Source of the DNA: Podarcis bocagei
Lineage: Eukaryota
Reading direction: 5' to 3' (one strand)
Assembly (NCBI GenBank): GCA_964188305.1
Contig: OZ076885.1
DNA length: 64,000 nucleotides
Shown here: one piece after another, positions 1-34,854 of the stretch
Position numbering within the stretch: position 1 is the stretch's first letter
How the letters are laid out: every line of letters begins with the position of its first letter
Notes under the pieces: model-generated
What the model was told of the DNA's origin: nothing
Database searches by the model: none
What the model saw: the letters and a program-made list of their open reading frames with translations, nothing else
Position numbers and translations under genes: made by a program

Positions 1-2548
1 AATTTTTAGTAACTGCTGAGAATTCCCGCCCCCCTTTTACTTCAGAAACTATTCTAAAAATATTGCCATCTGTTAGTTTGAATTTAGATTAACTTTACAG
101 TTACTGATCTGAATGCATGGTGCCTTACCTAACCTTTGTATGTATACGTGGGATAAAAATGTGCAGGAATAAAAAATTGTGCTGCATATTTGCAGGATTA
201 AAAGAATTAGCAACGAGAAGAACATGAAAGCAAGTGGAGCTGAATGTGTACTACTTTATAATATAATATAAAAATGAATGACTTTTTATATTATTATTAT
301 TTATTAAATTTGTTACAGAAAATCTTAATGGGAGAAGTGGATTTTGGAGGGTACATACCTCCATATATTCAGGTGCCCAAAAATCTGAAAGTTGAGTAAT
401 AACAGACCCAATAAGTAAGAGATCAATAAGCTCCACTACTTTTATGGCAAAGGATGCCTGTTGTAGGCCATTCTGATGTCTAAACAGGTATATGAAAATA
501 GTGAGCTTTATCTCTAAAACAACTATGCAGGATATTTAGCAATATAGTGCCAAACAAGAAATGCATGTAGGGAATATGCATCAGTGTTACACCTGGGGTC
601 ATTGAAAAACACAGCCCATGCAAAGAAGTTCTGAAGACCCTTATATGTACATAATATGCCTGTGTTTCATACGTTAGTATGTTTGCATAGGTTTGAAAAG
701 TTATAGTATTTTTATTTAAGAAGTGATGGACCTGTTCAGAAACCTACCTGTCCTCCAAATGGACTGAATTCAGAGGACCATATGTAACAGGACTGACAGA
801 AGTTGATTTTCCCACCCCTCGTCACCTTGGCAGCACCCCCCACTCCAAATATTCCACAAGGGGTGAGAGACCCTGCTGAATGGGTTGGGCTGTGGTTCTG
901 AGGGACTGAGGTGGGAAATGGGATTCCTGAAACTAGGACAGCACTCACTGAGTAGTGCCACACAGAAGAAGGCTGTATCACTTTACTTAAATCCCTGGTA
1001 AGAATACCGAAGTAGCTTGATTTATGGAAACATGAGCCTTTCTTCCTTCAGAATAGGTAATGTTCCACATTTTGAGCATGGCTGGAACATTGATCTGAAC
1101 TGTCTTTTCTAAATGATCACAAGTGCTGACAGGTAGAAAGTGGGAGCAGCTTTCCTGAGCTAACTAAGGCGCGAAAAAGAGACCTTACAGAGCTGGTCCA
1201 TGTACCTTCCTCTTACTGGCTGAAGAGAGCACATATTTTCTCATTTTTTTCCTTTTCTCTCCCTACCTACTCTGTGTTGAGTGTGGAGGTCTCTTAAAAA
1301 AAATTTAAAACCTGATATTTGTAATGCTTCCTTATTAAATCAACCCACATGATGGACAATGGTTCTCTGGTACAATGTATAACTCTAATGTAAATAAAAC
1401 TTGCTTGCCTGAAAATACTTTGGCCCTGGATCAGAGCAGAGCCCCTCGTAACTTGCATCCCTGTGGGCTGGTGCTTTCTTTTCAGCGATGAAAAATATAT
1501 TACACTTTCCTGAAGTCAGAGTTCAGCCATGCCATTTCCCTTGTAGTCTTTGCAAGTCACATGCTTCTCTTTGTTTTAAATTAATAAAATCCTAAATCTG
1601 AGTTCAAGAATAACAGTTAACGGACTCTTTCAACAGAAATTCAACCTCAAATTATTTCCACATGTTGCCTTTTGCTAAAGCTGTGCTTAAAATATGCTCA
1701 CAATTAGACAGTGTTTGGCAATTTCTACCCTTCCCCCCCCCCGCCCCTCTTGAATTCAGAGCTTATGTGGCCTCTGTTTGGGGCGGGGGGGGGGGGTTCT
1801 CAAACTGTGTCACCACCTTGAGGTTTCTTGGCATATGGCAGTCATTTATTCACTTTCTGTTGTCAGTTATTGGGGCCACATAGGTTGTGTGGGGATAAGA
1901 GCTACCGAATTGTGGGTAGGGCAGGAGAGTTGTTATTTCCTCACACTTGCCACACGATGTTCCTGGAGAAGAATGGGGTGAGGATTTGTGCTTTAGATAA
2001 ACGTATGTATGCTGACCTAGGGAGGAAATTTTGTGTGTCTACTGGTTTTTCCTTACTAGAGCTTTAGAAGCTTTTGCAAACTTAAGTTCTATCCACATTG
2101 GAACTAGTGGTAGGTTGGGCAAGCTTCAGGCTTGTTAGAGCCACTCTGTGATTTTTTACCAGAACCCCCAAGTCTACCAGCCAGAGCCAAGTGCAAAAGG
2201 CATAATATTGCTAGAATTAAAGAACAAGGGTGCCTCTAGGCACATTCTGAACCCGGGAAATTGTCCTTAGTACCAGAATTGAACTCAGCTCACATTCCTT
2301 ACACATACAAATCTAGCCCTGGTTAGCATGGGGAACCTGTCGCCCTCTATATGTTTCTGGAATACTGCACTCTTATGGTCCCTGACTCTTAGCCATGCTA
2401 GCTGGAGCTGATAGGAATTTAAATCTAGGATCTGATGGGGGGGGGGGCTACAGATTCCGTAGCCATGGATTAAAGCAGAAAGGTAAATGAAATCAATTGT
2501 GCTAATACAATCCCCTTGCATGAGCGCAAACATCTCTTTAGATCCTAG

Positions 2549-2749
<201 letters not shown>

Positions 2750-5700
2750 GTTCTCTCCCTGTCTTTTGATAGACAAGGCACACTCCTCAGAACTCTGTGT
2801 GGCTCAAAGACCAAGGTTCTTGAACCAAACACTGACGGACTGCTTAGCATAAACAGAATGACTTCTTACTCACAAAACTGAAGTGGCAACAACAGCTAGA
2901 ACTGGTGTGTTGTGAAAAGCAAAACAAAACCTGGCTTTTCTTCCTATTGCTTTAAGGTCTTGCCCTAGGGAGGAGTTTGGCTTACATTTTTAAAATGCTG
3001 ATTCCCTATTTGTTTGTCACGATGAGATCGCGGCGGCCACTGTTGGCAGTGCTGCAAGGTGGGCATTGCTAAGGATGCTGCAATGCTTCTGTCACGACGT
3101 TTCCTTTTTCATGACTACAGTCTAACCTCCTTGAGAGTGCAAGACCAGCCAGTTTATTCAGCTAAGGCTTCTGATGAAATCATTGACAGCTAGCTAATTT
3201 GAATATATTTAACATGAAATAATCAACCAAAGTCTTTTCCTTGTCCCTTTACGTAGTGCTTTTTTTTTTTTGTCTTTGTTATTACAATGGTGGTTGACTT
3301 GCCTCTTAATGACTGTTAGTCAGTTCTTTAAGGGACAAAGCAGGAATCCTCCTAGGGCCTTTATCCATCTTGATATTTCAGACTGGGTTCCAAGTGTTCC
3401 TTCGTTAGAGTAAGTAGCAAATAACATTTCAGAGCAGGGTAGAACTTTGTGGACATTTCCCTTTCCCTGTATAGAATTCCTTCAGCTCCAAGGTGTCCCC
3501 ACAATTCCAGTTTCCAGGATGAGTTCTAGTGTTGCTTGTTGGATTAATGAGTGTTTGTCTTTAGCTCTGGGGTGTGTGTGTGTGTGTGTGTGTTTGTGGT
3601 CAGATGAAGAACCAGACTGGGAGGGAGTAGCATTCCAAACCACCTTCCTTTTCCTCCTTTCACATATTCCTGCTCTACTTTTTGGCAGAGCTAATGATGC
3701 AGCTCTTCAGAACCTAAATGCTGATGGTCTGCCTCCTCAGAGGGCCTTTTGTGATACTTGAATTGCTCTTGCTATATTGATACCAATTAGGTGTTTGCTG
3801 TGGCCACAGAAGGTAGGCAGCAGAAGGCAAAATCCCATTACAACATGTATGTATTTTTTTGAAGTTGCTTTTGTAGCAACCTGTGTATCAAGAGCAATTC
3901 CCAAATACACAAAGGTGAGGGGTGGGAATGAGACTATTAGTCTGGTGAGTTTCTTTGTGCGAGTGGAAGCAGCCATTTTATTAGCACAATATGAAAATAC
4001 TTTGATCTTTGGATATTTGCCTCAAAATATTTAAGAATAGCCTTGGAAGCAAAAAAAGAAATATGCCTTGTTCACTTTTTAGAAAAATCGTGTTGGAGAA
4101 TTTGATTCTCAGAAGCATACTAAACTAAGAAAAGAGTTGCCGTTGACTATGTCTTCCAGTGAATTCAGTTACAATGGCTATTATTTAATTTACTAGAAAT
4201 CATATATAGGCTGTTCATTGGCAGAAGTGCAGTGTGCTGTTTTCACACATATGCATTATGAAGTCAGAGTATTCATGGTTCACCTTCATACTCTTTAACC
4301 ATGTAATTTTTTTAACTTTTTGCACGGAGGAAACCTCCCCACTTGTACATTTCCAGTAAATTATTGCAAAGGATTATGCGTAACAGTAGAAAATTCTGAG
4401 CAGCTGAAGATCTGCCAGCTTGCTTAAGGAGCCTCTGCTTAGCCTCTCAATATGGCAAATACTTCAGCTAGGTCAGGGCAAGGATTTCCAAAGTCTGATT
4501 CAGAATTAAGGAATAATAATACTTGACCAAAGAACAGATTGTAGTTGCTAATATTGTGCAGTGCCACTTGCCAAGGCCTGAAACAAAGGCAGAACTAAGA
4601 TTTTGCAATTGTGTTTCCAAGTCATATGCTGGCACGGAGTTTTTGATCATGTGTTGAACATGTTAGATATTTTGAAACTTAACAGTAAAATAATAATAAT
4701 TTTATGCTGTATATATTGAGCCATGTGGCCTTAGCACCAAGAGCCAAATGCACAGGAAGTGGGAAAGAGTCAAAATAGCATCTAAAAGTTTCTATTTCAC
4801 CTAAATTCTTGGTATCCCACAAATAACTTGAAATGTGTTCACTATAAACTGGCTTTGCTGGAAATAGTGGTCTTCATTTCCACTAGATCTCAACTATGCT
4901 TCTTTTGGGGACCTGCCACCATCCTCCATCTGTGTCAATGCCAGATCACAATATAATAATATTATATATCCTAATAATTCCTAAGACCTTCTGCCCAGGA
5001 TTACTGAGAGTACTGGGAATGACAACCCTATGTTTCTGTATCAAACTGCTTAAGGGCGGGACCATGCGTAGCTGTTTCAGGAAGCATTGGTGTTGCAGGC
5101 AGTGCCTTCCGCAGCAAACATGTCAAGTGCAGCGATAAGATATTTTGGTGTTTGTTCCAACATTCATAAAAGTGGTGCTGCCCTAACCTAGTTTACACCA
5201 GGACTGCTGTGGGACCTGTGGCCCTCTAGATGTTGTATGGCCACCGCATCCATTATCTCTGACCATTGACCATGCTGATAGATGAGAGTTGGGAGTTCCA
5301 ACAATGACCTGGATTTCCCTTCCCTAGACAGGACCAAATATAAGGATTTAATAGTTTAAAAATCAATTCCTTGGGATTCAGCTAAGGAACTGCCTGCCCT
5401 TGTACTCAACTGACTTCATCCCAACATCAGGGGATGCAGTGCAGTTTGGCAAGACTGCTAGTTCAACAGCTGAAAAGCTTTCATTAAAAAAAAATAATCA
5501 ACTATTCTGTCTTCATAAATACGCATGCTGCCATGTGCATGTGTGTGTGTACACACAGTCTTAGGATGATACAAAGCTACTTTGAGCGGAAAGCGGGTGT
5601 ATGAAATAAAGGCAGGCCATTTTTAAGCATGTTTTTGTTAACATTTTCCACAATTGCATTAGCAGAAGTACTTCAGTAACATCTTCAAGGGGAACTGGAC

Positions 5701-8700
5701 GACTTAGCTGGATGAATGAGGTCAGGTGGTATGTCTGAAAGCTGAACTGAATCCTTAAACTGTACAGGAGGATAATGTGATACTCCCCAGGAAAGGTTTT
5801 TGTGTGTGCTTTGGGTGATGGGTAGGGAAGAAGGAAAATGCAGGAGACAAATGCCTCATCTGCTGTTTTTCTTTTGCTTTGTATCCTTTGGTAGAGTTGG
5901 ATGCCAGTATCAGGTGGGGCCAATATATCAGAATATCCAGTACCCGATATTTAACATAAGATTTATTTGACACAGTGTCAGCATGTCTCTTGTATTCTAA
6001 TGCTGTCTCCCACCACACACCAATATTTTCCAAGTCTTCTCATTCCAGGAAAGATTATAGTATTGGTTTGGGGATTCATACGGTTCCCACACTCAACCTA
6101 CAATGTGGTATGATATGGCTGATGGGCATGAACGACAACTTCCCTAGGTTTTGAAAGGGCAGTTTGTTGCCTGTATGATCAATCTTTGGGAAAAGCAGGT
6201 AAAATTGTATTTTTTGCAGGACGTTGGGTGGTCTTCTTCTGAAAGAACTGATTTCTTGCCAAAGAGATTATTACAAAATATCAAGATTGCACTCCAGACT
6301 TGCTTGGCTTCATAATCTAGACAGCTTATCCAGAAGGGGACAGTGAAACATCACAGCCCTCACTATACCAAATAACAGATTGCTTGTGTTGGAGCAAGCG
6401 AGCTTGAACCTTACGCTTCTCTGAAACCCACATTATCAGAAGCAGCTGACATGCTCTTGCGTGTTGAATTTCACGTACAAACGGAAAGACCAGGAATACC
6501 CAAGAAAGATCACTTTTGGTGGTGGTGCGGGGGCGGGGTATGTTTGGTCTCTGAACCTTAATTTGTTGGAGGTAAGGTGTTTCTCCCCACAAGGGCAAGC
6601 ATAGAGAGCAAGGGGAAAGGAACAAACATTGCAGGGGTCAAATCCACATTGGCCTGCAGAGATATATAGTTGGTGTATTTAGCAGTTGTTTTCCTTCGTG
6701 CCCCAAATACCACATTGCAACATACAGGGCTGTATATCCGCCTGGCAACTTGTGGTTTTCCTCAGCTGCCCCTCCGGGGTGATTATCCACACCTGCCCTC
6801 ACTTTTAAAACAGGGGTGAGCCTTTGAAGGCTACCTACTGCTGTGAGTCTGGCTGCCTTGGGACCAGAGTTTGAAATATATGGGACCATCCAAAACTAAT
6901 TGTTTTTATTTCTTATTTTTGCTGAAAATGAGGGTTTGAGTCGTGTAGCTTATGTACTTCCTGAGAGGTTATTCCACCCCCCACTCCCCACATTCTTTGT
7001 ACTGTGGTCTAAGTTCTAGAGTCAATGTGACACAGCGTGTTGCAGAGAAAACAGACATTGTCTTTCCAGTGCTTGTCTTTTCCAAATGCACATAATTGGG
7101 AAATGCTCAGGTTCCTGCTGATGGATATTTTAAAGGATGCTTATGCTGAAAGATGCACTTGCACGCTTGAGATTTGTTGTGTTGTGCATTTTGTACTTTA
7201 ATGTCTGAAAAGGAAAGTGGAAATCTCTGCAGTGTCTGCAGTAGTGATGCACATTTCCTGTGTTTGCATTGGGGGGCAATGGGAGGAATATTAATTAGGC
7301 TTAATGCTATTCTTTTTTTAATTAAAAAAACCCCCAACTTTAAAATGTTTTTGTGCTTGGCACAGCTGAAATGTATCCAAAGAACAGAAATTGTTTTCAG
7401 ATATTCTCTTCCATTTAGTAATTTAAGATGATACAGGGTCTGTTCACATGTAGATAGGTCAGTCTATCAAGCTAAAAGTGGTGCAGGATGACAGCTAATT
7501 CTTATCCCAGTTTCCCAGAGTTGTAGGTTCACACACAATGTTTTACCATGCACACACTTATCTACTTGACATTTTCCACAGAAAATGTTAAAATAATGCA
7601 CCTTCATGGTGATAGTTGGTATATTTCATCAAGGGACTTATACTTTCTCCCTAAAGCAGTAAATACCAACAGTCACCTCATTGAGGGTGAAACGAATGTT
7701 CCATCATTTAAATCTTAATGTGATTTACATTGGGCTGGCTTCATCATATCAGAACGAATGTGGGAAATTTGCTTGTTAACATACATCCTGGGAGGTTTAT
7801 AATATGAAGCATTCTTGTGGTCTTACTCTCCGTTTGATGGTGTGATTTTTAGATTTGCTGCTTTGAGCTCTGTTTGTTTGTGAAAAAGGTTGAAAGGGCC
7901 CATGCCGGGTTTAAGAGCTGCTCTTGCCCCTCTGTGTTGCGCTTGACTTGATCAAATGGATCTTTTTTTACGGGGCTGCTGTAAAGCTAATGATCTAATG
8001 GAAAACTTAACTTATTTATCTATGGCAAGTGTGTTTCTGGAGCAGCTGGGATGTGCCAAGAAGTGACATGACTACCAAAACACTTTCCACAAACAAAAGT
8101 GCACTGAAATATGCAAACCTTCCCTGTGTTGTCCATTTGCCAAATGTGCCGACCTTGGCCAGTATTTCAGCAACCCCTGCCCTAAAAGTATCTCCTGCAT
8201 TTATGTGCAACTATAGAGGTGGTCAGATTTAGGAGGAAAGTGGAGGCAGGACCTACCATATGGAGCCTGAAGCTCAAGGCTAATTTATTGGTCTCTAAGC
8301 TAATGGTGGCCCATATTTTTATAGCCCTAGACTTGCCCTCGAAGCCACAAGTTCTAAGTCTTAAATTGCACTGTGCTCCTATGCCTCTCTGTTGGTAATA
8401 ATGTACATATAGCCTAGATTTTTTTGTAGATATTAAATTTTAAATGACATTTTTAATTACCTCCCCCCAAAATACTTCCCTTCCAGACATGACTTTTTTT
8501 ACACCTTGAACAATTAACACGAAGTTGGGTACCATGTGGGTAGGGAAGAAGAAGAGAAGCAGATCCTACATTGGCTTTTAAGTAACAATGCATGTTAAGC
8601 GGAAAGAGAAACTGTTTGACAAAATCTAGCTATGTTCTGCTTAATAAAGAATTCACCAATATTCTGTGTGAGCATTTTATTTAACGAAGTTTATTTAAAT

Positions 8701-9010
8701 ACAGGTTAGCGACAGCAACCTCTAAATGGTTTGCATAATAGAACAATTTTGAATCTTTAAAAAGCAACAATGAAAGCCAACATTAAAAACAGGTCAGCAC
8801 GAAAACAATTTTTAGCAGGCATCAAAAACAATACGGTGAAGGTAGGCCTGTCTAATATCAGTGGACAGGGAGTTTCCAAGTCTACATGCTGTCACAATGA
8901 AGGGTGAATTGCTTGCAAGTGTGGAGTGAACATTACGTGGCCGTTGTGAGAGGAGTGTGTTGCTCTTGAAGTTATTGGGAGTACTGTATATGCTTGACAA
9001 TACTCTGGGC

Positions 9011-9587
9011 CAGTGTTTCCCAAAATGGGCAGTACCACCCCCTGGGGGGGGTGCTGGAACAATCCGGGGGGGGCAGTAATAGCCTTGGTTGCAATTGTGG
9101 AGCATTGAATAAAAATAAGGGCAGTGGAAGCATAAAGAGAATAAAATTTTGAAAAACCATTCGTACATATTTGATCTGTTGTGTAACAACACTTTCAGGA
9201 TGGTGACATCGCCTCCCCTGGATCCTGCTGCCGTGCAAGAGGTTTTCCCAGGCTTTAGTCAGGCCTGGGAAGTGGATTTCAGCTGGCCTGCTTATTTGGC
9301 CAGTGGCAGGCATGCTGTGGCCCTGGGGTGGATCAGACTGAGCTGGCAGGCTTCACTCCGGTCCGCCTCATGGGTTTTTACAATATATTTCTTGTAAGAC
9401 ATAGGCAGAAATATAGATACATAAAAGAAGGCAGATTTGTCACTGCAACTTTCTGTTTGCTTAAAGAAGGTAGATTTCCCGGGGGGGGCACTGAGGGTTT
9501 TTTCCTGAAAAGGGGGCAGTAATAATAATTTATTATTTATACCCCGCCCATCTGGCTGGGTTTCGAAATAAAGCTTGAGAACCTCTG
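9011..9587. mobile_element. Degenerate hAT (Charlie-like) non-autonomous DNA transposon with a nested short L2 tail (~9521-9564)
   Basis: Ends CAGTGTTTCCCAA / TTGAGAACCTCTG are imperfect TIRs. Flanks ctctgggc / ctgtggac are a 6/8 TSD match. The nested piece aataataatttattatttataccccgcccatctggctggg matches the L2 tails at 24060-24125 and 53585-53640. Confidence 0.5.
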
Positions 9588-10855
9588 CTGTGGACCATTG
9601 ACTAGCATCCACTGACTTGGAGAGGTTTGCTTGGGATAAGGTGAAAGCTGAGGGATCAGGGTGGGACTGGCTCTTGTTTTCTTTTTACTGGGAATGACTG
9701 GGGGAAAGATACAAGTCTCCCCAGTACCCTTTTGTTGATTAACATAATATAACCTTTACAATTAAGCATATGTGATACAGGTTCGCCCCAGCCTGCAAAC
9801 CAGACTTCTTCGCAGTGATGCATCTTGGGTTTCTTACAGTAAGGGTGCATTACCACCCTCCACCACTGGGTGGCTTCTGTTTTTGTATGGCTTTGCACCT
9901 ACACGTCCATGCCTTGCACCTGCGAAGCCTTCTGAGCATTGACATGGTTCCATGCATGTGCCAAAGTAGGCTTTTGACCCCAAAGAACAAAGAAATGGGC
10001 TATTCCTCCTGCACAGGTTTGTCTGCTCCCTTTTTACCCTTAAAAAGTAGTTTAAACAGGTTTTTCAAGTCCTGTACAAGAACACCCTTGCCCTGTGGGT
10101 GCATGATTCTTAAACCGTGAAGAGAACACTGGTAAAATGATTATGTTGAACCAAGCTCTTATAGGACTCCCCTGGCTATATTTTGTGTATATGTTTTAAC
10201 AGGAGTGGGTGCCCCTTGGCTTGCGGTGTGGTTTGTCCCTAGGACAATAATCTTTTGCCATGGTTATGTTGCTTTCCTGTTTTATTTCTTAATCTTGCTT
10301 TAGTTTTGTCCAGTTCAGGACGCTTATATGAAGAGCCCTGTTGCATCAGGCCAAAAACACATCTTAGTCCAGCATCTGTTGGCTAACCAGATGCCTATGA
10401 GAAGCCCACCTGCCGGATTTGAGTGCACCAATGCTCTTCAACTTTCATTTATTCTGTCTTAATTAGGAAGCTTCACTAGAATAAAAGTTTAAGAAGCCAA
10501 TACCTTGCTGTGTGGCTACTTGTTCCTGTTACAAATCCTGTTGTTTATAGGTGGCCTATAGTGTGGTAATACCACTGTTGCTGGCATCTTGTCTGTCTCT
10601 CTCTCTAGAGACAATGGGGTATGCCATTGGGGTTGAATTCAAAACTGTTGAAGCGTTACAGCGCCTGCTGTGGCTGGAGAGAAGCAAGAGACGTTTGGTT
10701 GCAGCTGGGGCAGGTGAAGGCATTCAATTTCGCTGGGGCAGATGTGCCCTGGCAATACTACCAAGAAGGTAAATACTGACCCACAGGCGAAGAGGAGAAG
10801 TGGAGCAGGAAGGTTGCTCAAGTGAGGAATAGGTGCAAAGTATGTGAGACATGAA

Positions 10856-11159
10856 GGGACGGGGGTGGTACTGTGGGTTAAACCACAGAGCCTAGGACTT
10901 GCCGGTCAGAAGGTCGGCTGTTCGAATCCCCGCAATGGGGTGAGCTCCCGTTGCTCGGTCCCTGCTCCTGCCAACCTAGCAGTTCGAAAGCACGTCAAAA
11001 TGCAAGTAGATAAATAGGCGCGTTTCCATGCGCTGCTGTGTTTCGCCAGAAGCAGCTTAGTCATGCTGGCCACATGACCCGGAAGCTGTATGCCGGCTCC
11101 CTCGGCCAATAAAGCGAGATGAGCGCCACAACCCCAGAGTCAGTCACGACTGGACCTAA
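10856..11159 (+). mobile_element. Sauria SINE (lacertid type) with its 3' tail cut off
   Basis: gggac...tgtgggttaaaccacagagcctagg...gagctcccgttgctcggtccctgctcctgccaacctagcagttcgaaagcac...gagatgagcgccacaaccccagagtc; close paralog at 26773-27085. Confidence 0.85.
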
Positions 11160-11370
11160 AGACTCCCTTGAAAAGACCCTGATGTTGGGAAAGATGGAGG
11201 GCACAAGGAGAAGGGGACGACAGAGGACAAGATGGTTGGACAGTGTTCTCGAAGCTACCAGCATGAGTTTGACCAAACTGCGGGAGGCAGTGGAAGACAG
11301 GAGTGCCTGGCATGCTCTGGTCCATGGGGTCACGAAGAGTCGGACACGACTAAACGACTAAACAACAAAA
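11160..11370 (+). mobile_element. BovB (RTE clade) LINE 3' end
   Basis: Encodes DSLEKTLMLGKMEGTRRRGRQRTRWLDSV...LREAVEDRSAWHALVHGVTKSRTRLND*, the typical RTE/BovB ORF C-terminus, followed by a short (caa)-type tail. Confidence 0.9.
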
Positions 11371-13299
11371 CTGGCAGCTTGTCTTACCACTGGGGGGGGG
11401 GGGGAACCACCACACTTCCCTTAACCAGGTGCCCTCCAGCTGGTCTGGACTACAATTCCCATCAGCCCCAGGCAAAAACAAACAAACAACGGACCCGCCT
11501 TAAGAGACAGCAGGATTCCCCCCTCCCCCCAGAAACAGCCACCCTGCGCGATGTTGCTCCTAAACAGCATGCGACATGTTTCCTTCGAACTCGCTTCACG
11601 GATCCCACTTCATGTCTTTCCCTATCTCCCTGCAATACAGATACGAAGAACATGCCGCTTTCTGAGCCCGCGCGCGCTGGCAGCCCGCGCTTCGCTTCCT
11701 TTCCCTCGGGCCGCTCATTCATTCATTCGGCCTGTGGGGAGGAATCCTGCAGACGCGTCGGATAAAAGCCGCGGGGCGAGTGCGGAAGATTCCTCCCCGG
11801 TAGGAAGGGCAAAGAGCTGCAGAGGCAAGCCCGGCTCGGGAGGAGGAGACTGCGAGCGCGCTGCCAAATCCGAGAGGGGGCAGATCCGCGCCCCGGAGCC
11901 CGTCTGATCTCGGCGGGAGGAGGAGGAGGAAGAGGCCGTTGGCGAAGAAAGGGGCGGCGGGCAAGATGAAAGGGAGCTGAGCCGAGGGGCGGCCGGCACT
12001 TGGCACGAGTCTGCGCAGGGAAAGAAGGACGGGTGGCGGCGGCGGCGGCAGCGGAGCAAAGGGGACCTGGGTTGCCTCGCAGAGCTCTGGGCCGGGCCGG
12101 GGGCAAAGCGCCTCGTGCCGGAGGAGTCGCAACTTCGGGCGTCGAAGGGACGCCTCGGCCCCCGGGGAAACTTTGCGAAGAGCCGTCGAGAGGGAGGAAA
12201 GAGCCGAGCGCCTTCAGAACAAAGAGTCCTTCGCCTGCGGAGCCGGGCGGGGGGCGGAGAGCCGGGGCAAGCGAGCGCCCCCCGCAAAATGCCAGCTCCA
12301 CCAGAGGCGCCTCGTCCGCGGCCCGAGCGGAGCCCTTTGCCGCGACGCCAGCCGCAGCCGAGGTAACCTCGGCTGCTGCGGGCCGAGGAGCGGCTGGCTG
12401 AGGCGGAGCGGCGCCGAGCGGCGGGAAGGGAAAGCGGCGAGACTCGGGCTCCTCCCGTTCGGGGCTGAGGTGGCGGCGACGACAGCGCCAACGTCGCCGA
12501 GAGGATCCCGGGTGCATGGAGCCGGCGGCGGAGACTGGAAGCGGGAGCTCTGCGGAAGGGAGGACGACCCTTCCCCGCGGCGCCAAAGGCAGCGGTTTGT
12601 GGCCCCTGGAGGAAGGAGGGGAGCGGCTCGGCGGGATCAGCGCGCCGCGCGCTCCGGAGTTGTTTCAAGGGACTCCGGGGACCGGGCGCGGAAGGAGGAG
12701 ACGCCGGATTGCGCAAAGGATTATCGAAAGGGGGGACCGCGAGTGAAAGAAGGGAATCCCCACCCCCCCACACACACACACTCCCCGTCGGCTCTCCTCT
12801 CTTCCACATCTCGGATCCTCCTCCTCCTCGCTTTCTCCCCAGTTACTCTCCAGCATCATTGGCCCGGCCACCACCAGCAAGGGCGAGTAAATTAAAACGT
12901 GCTCAGCAAACTGCAAGAGAGATCAGAGGGACAGTGGAAACGCGAGCCGCGGAGGGGGGGCGCCGTGCGTGCGCGTGTAGGGGAGAGAGAGAGAGAGAGA
13001 GAGTCCTTCCCTCCCCTAATCTTTTCTCTCGCGCCCACTCTGGAGCTACTCTGCTTCTCTGGACCTTTCCAGAGACGCAGTCTCGAAGCAGAAGGCTGAA
13101 AAAAGGATTGCTCTCGCTTGGGTTTTTGTTTTTTTTCCTGGTTTTTTTCTCATCTGTCTTCTCCGTTCTCCTCCTTCAGGGTCTGTGTTGGTTGGTTGGT
13201 TTCTTGCGAGACCGGCGAGGTTGGATTATTGGTGCGCGCTGCCCGCCTTGTGAGTAGTGTGTGCTTGGCAAGGAGGAGCGGTGGAGTTGGGAGGAAGAG

Positions 13300-34854
<21,555 letters not shown>

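Noticed and set aside
2750-8700. End of the SPTLC2 3' UTR (candidate ATTAAA ~8433, AATAAA ~8643, nearby TGTANATA motifs)
   Set aside because: Several equally plausible signals exist and cannot be ranked without transcript data.
11119-11361. 80-aa ORF starting in the SINE and running into BovB
   Set aside because: It is a chance in-frame fusion to a retrotransposon C-terminus, with no RT or endonuclease domain and no sign of being a host gene.
11551-13257. Long overlapping ORFs (up to 364 aa) on both strands
   Set aside because: They lie in a GC-rich CpG island depleted of stop codons. The translations are low-complexity Arg/Pro/Ala/Gly with no recognisable domain.
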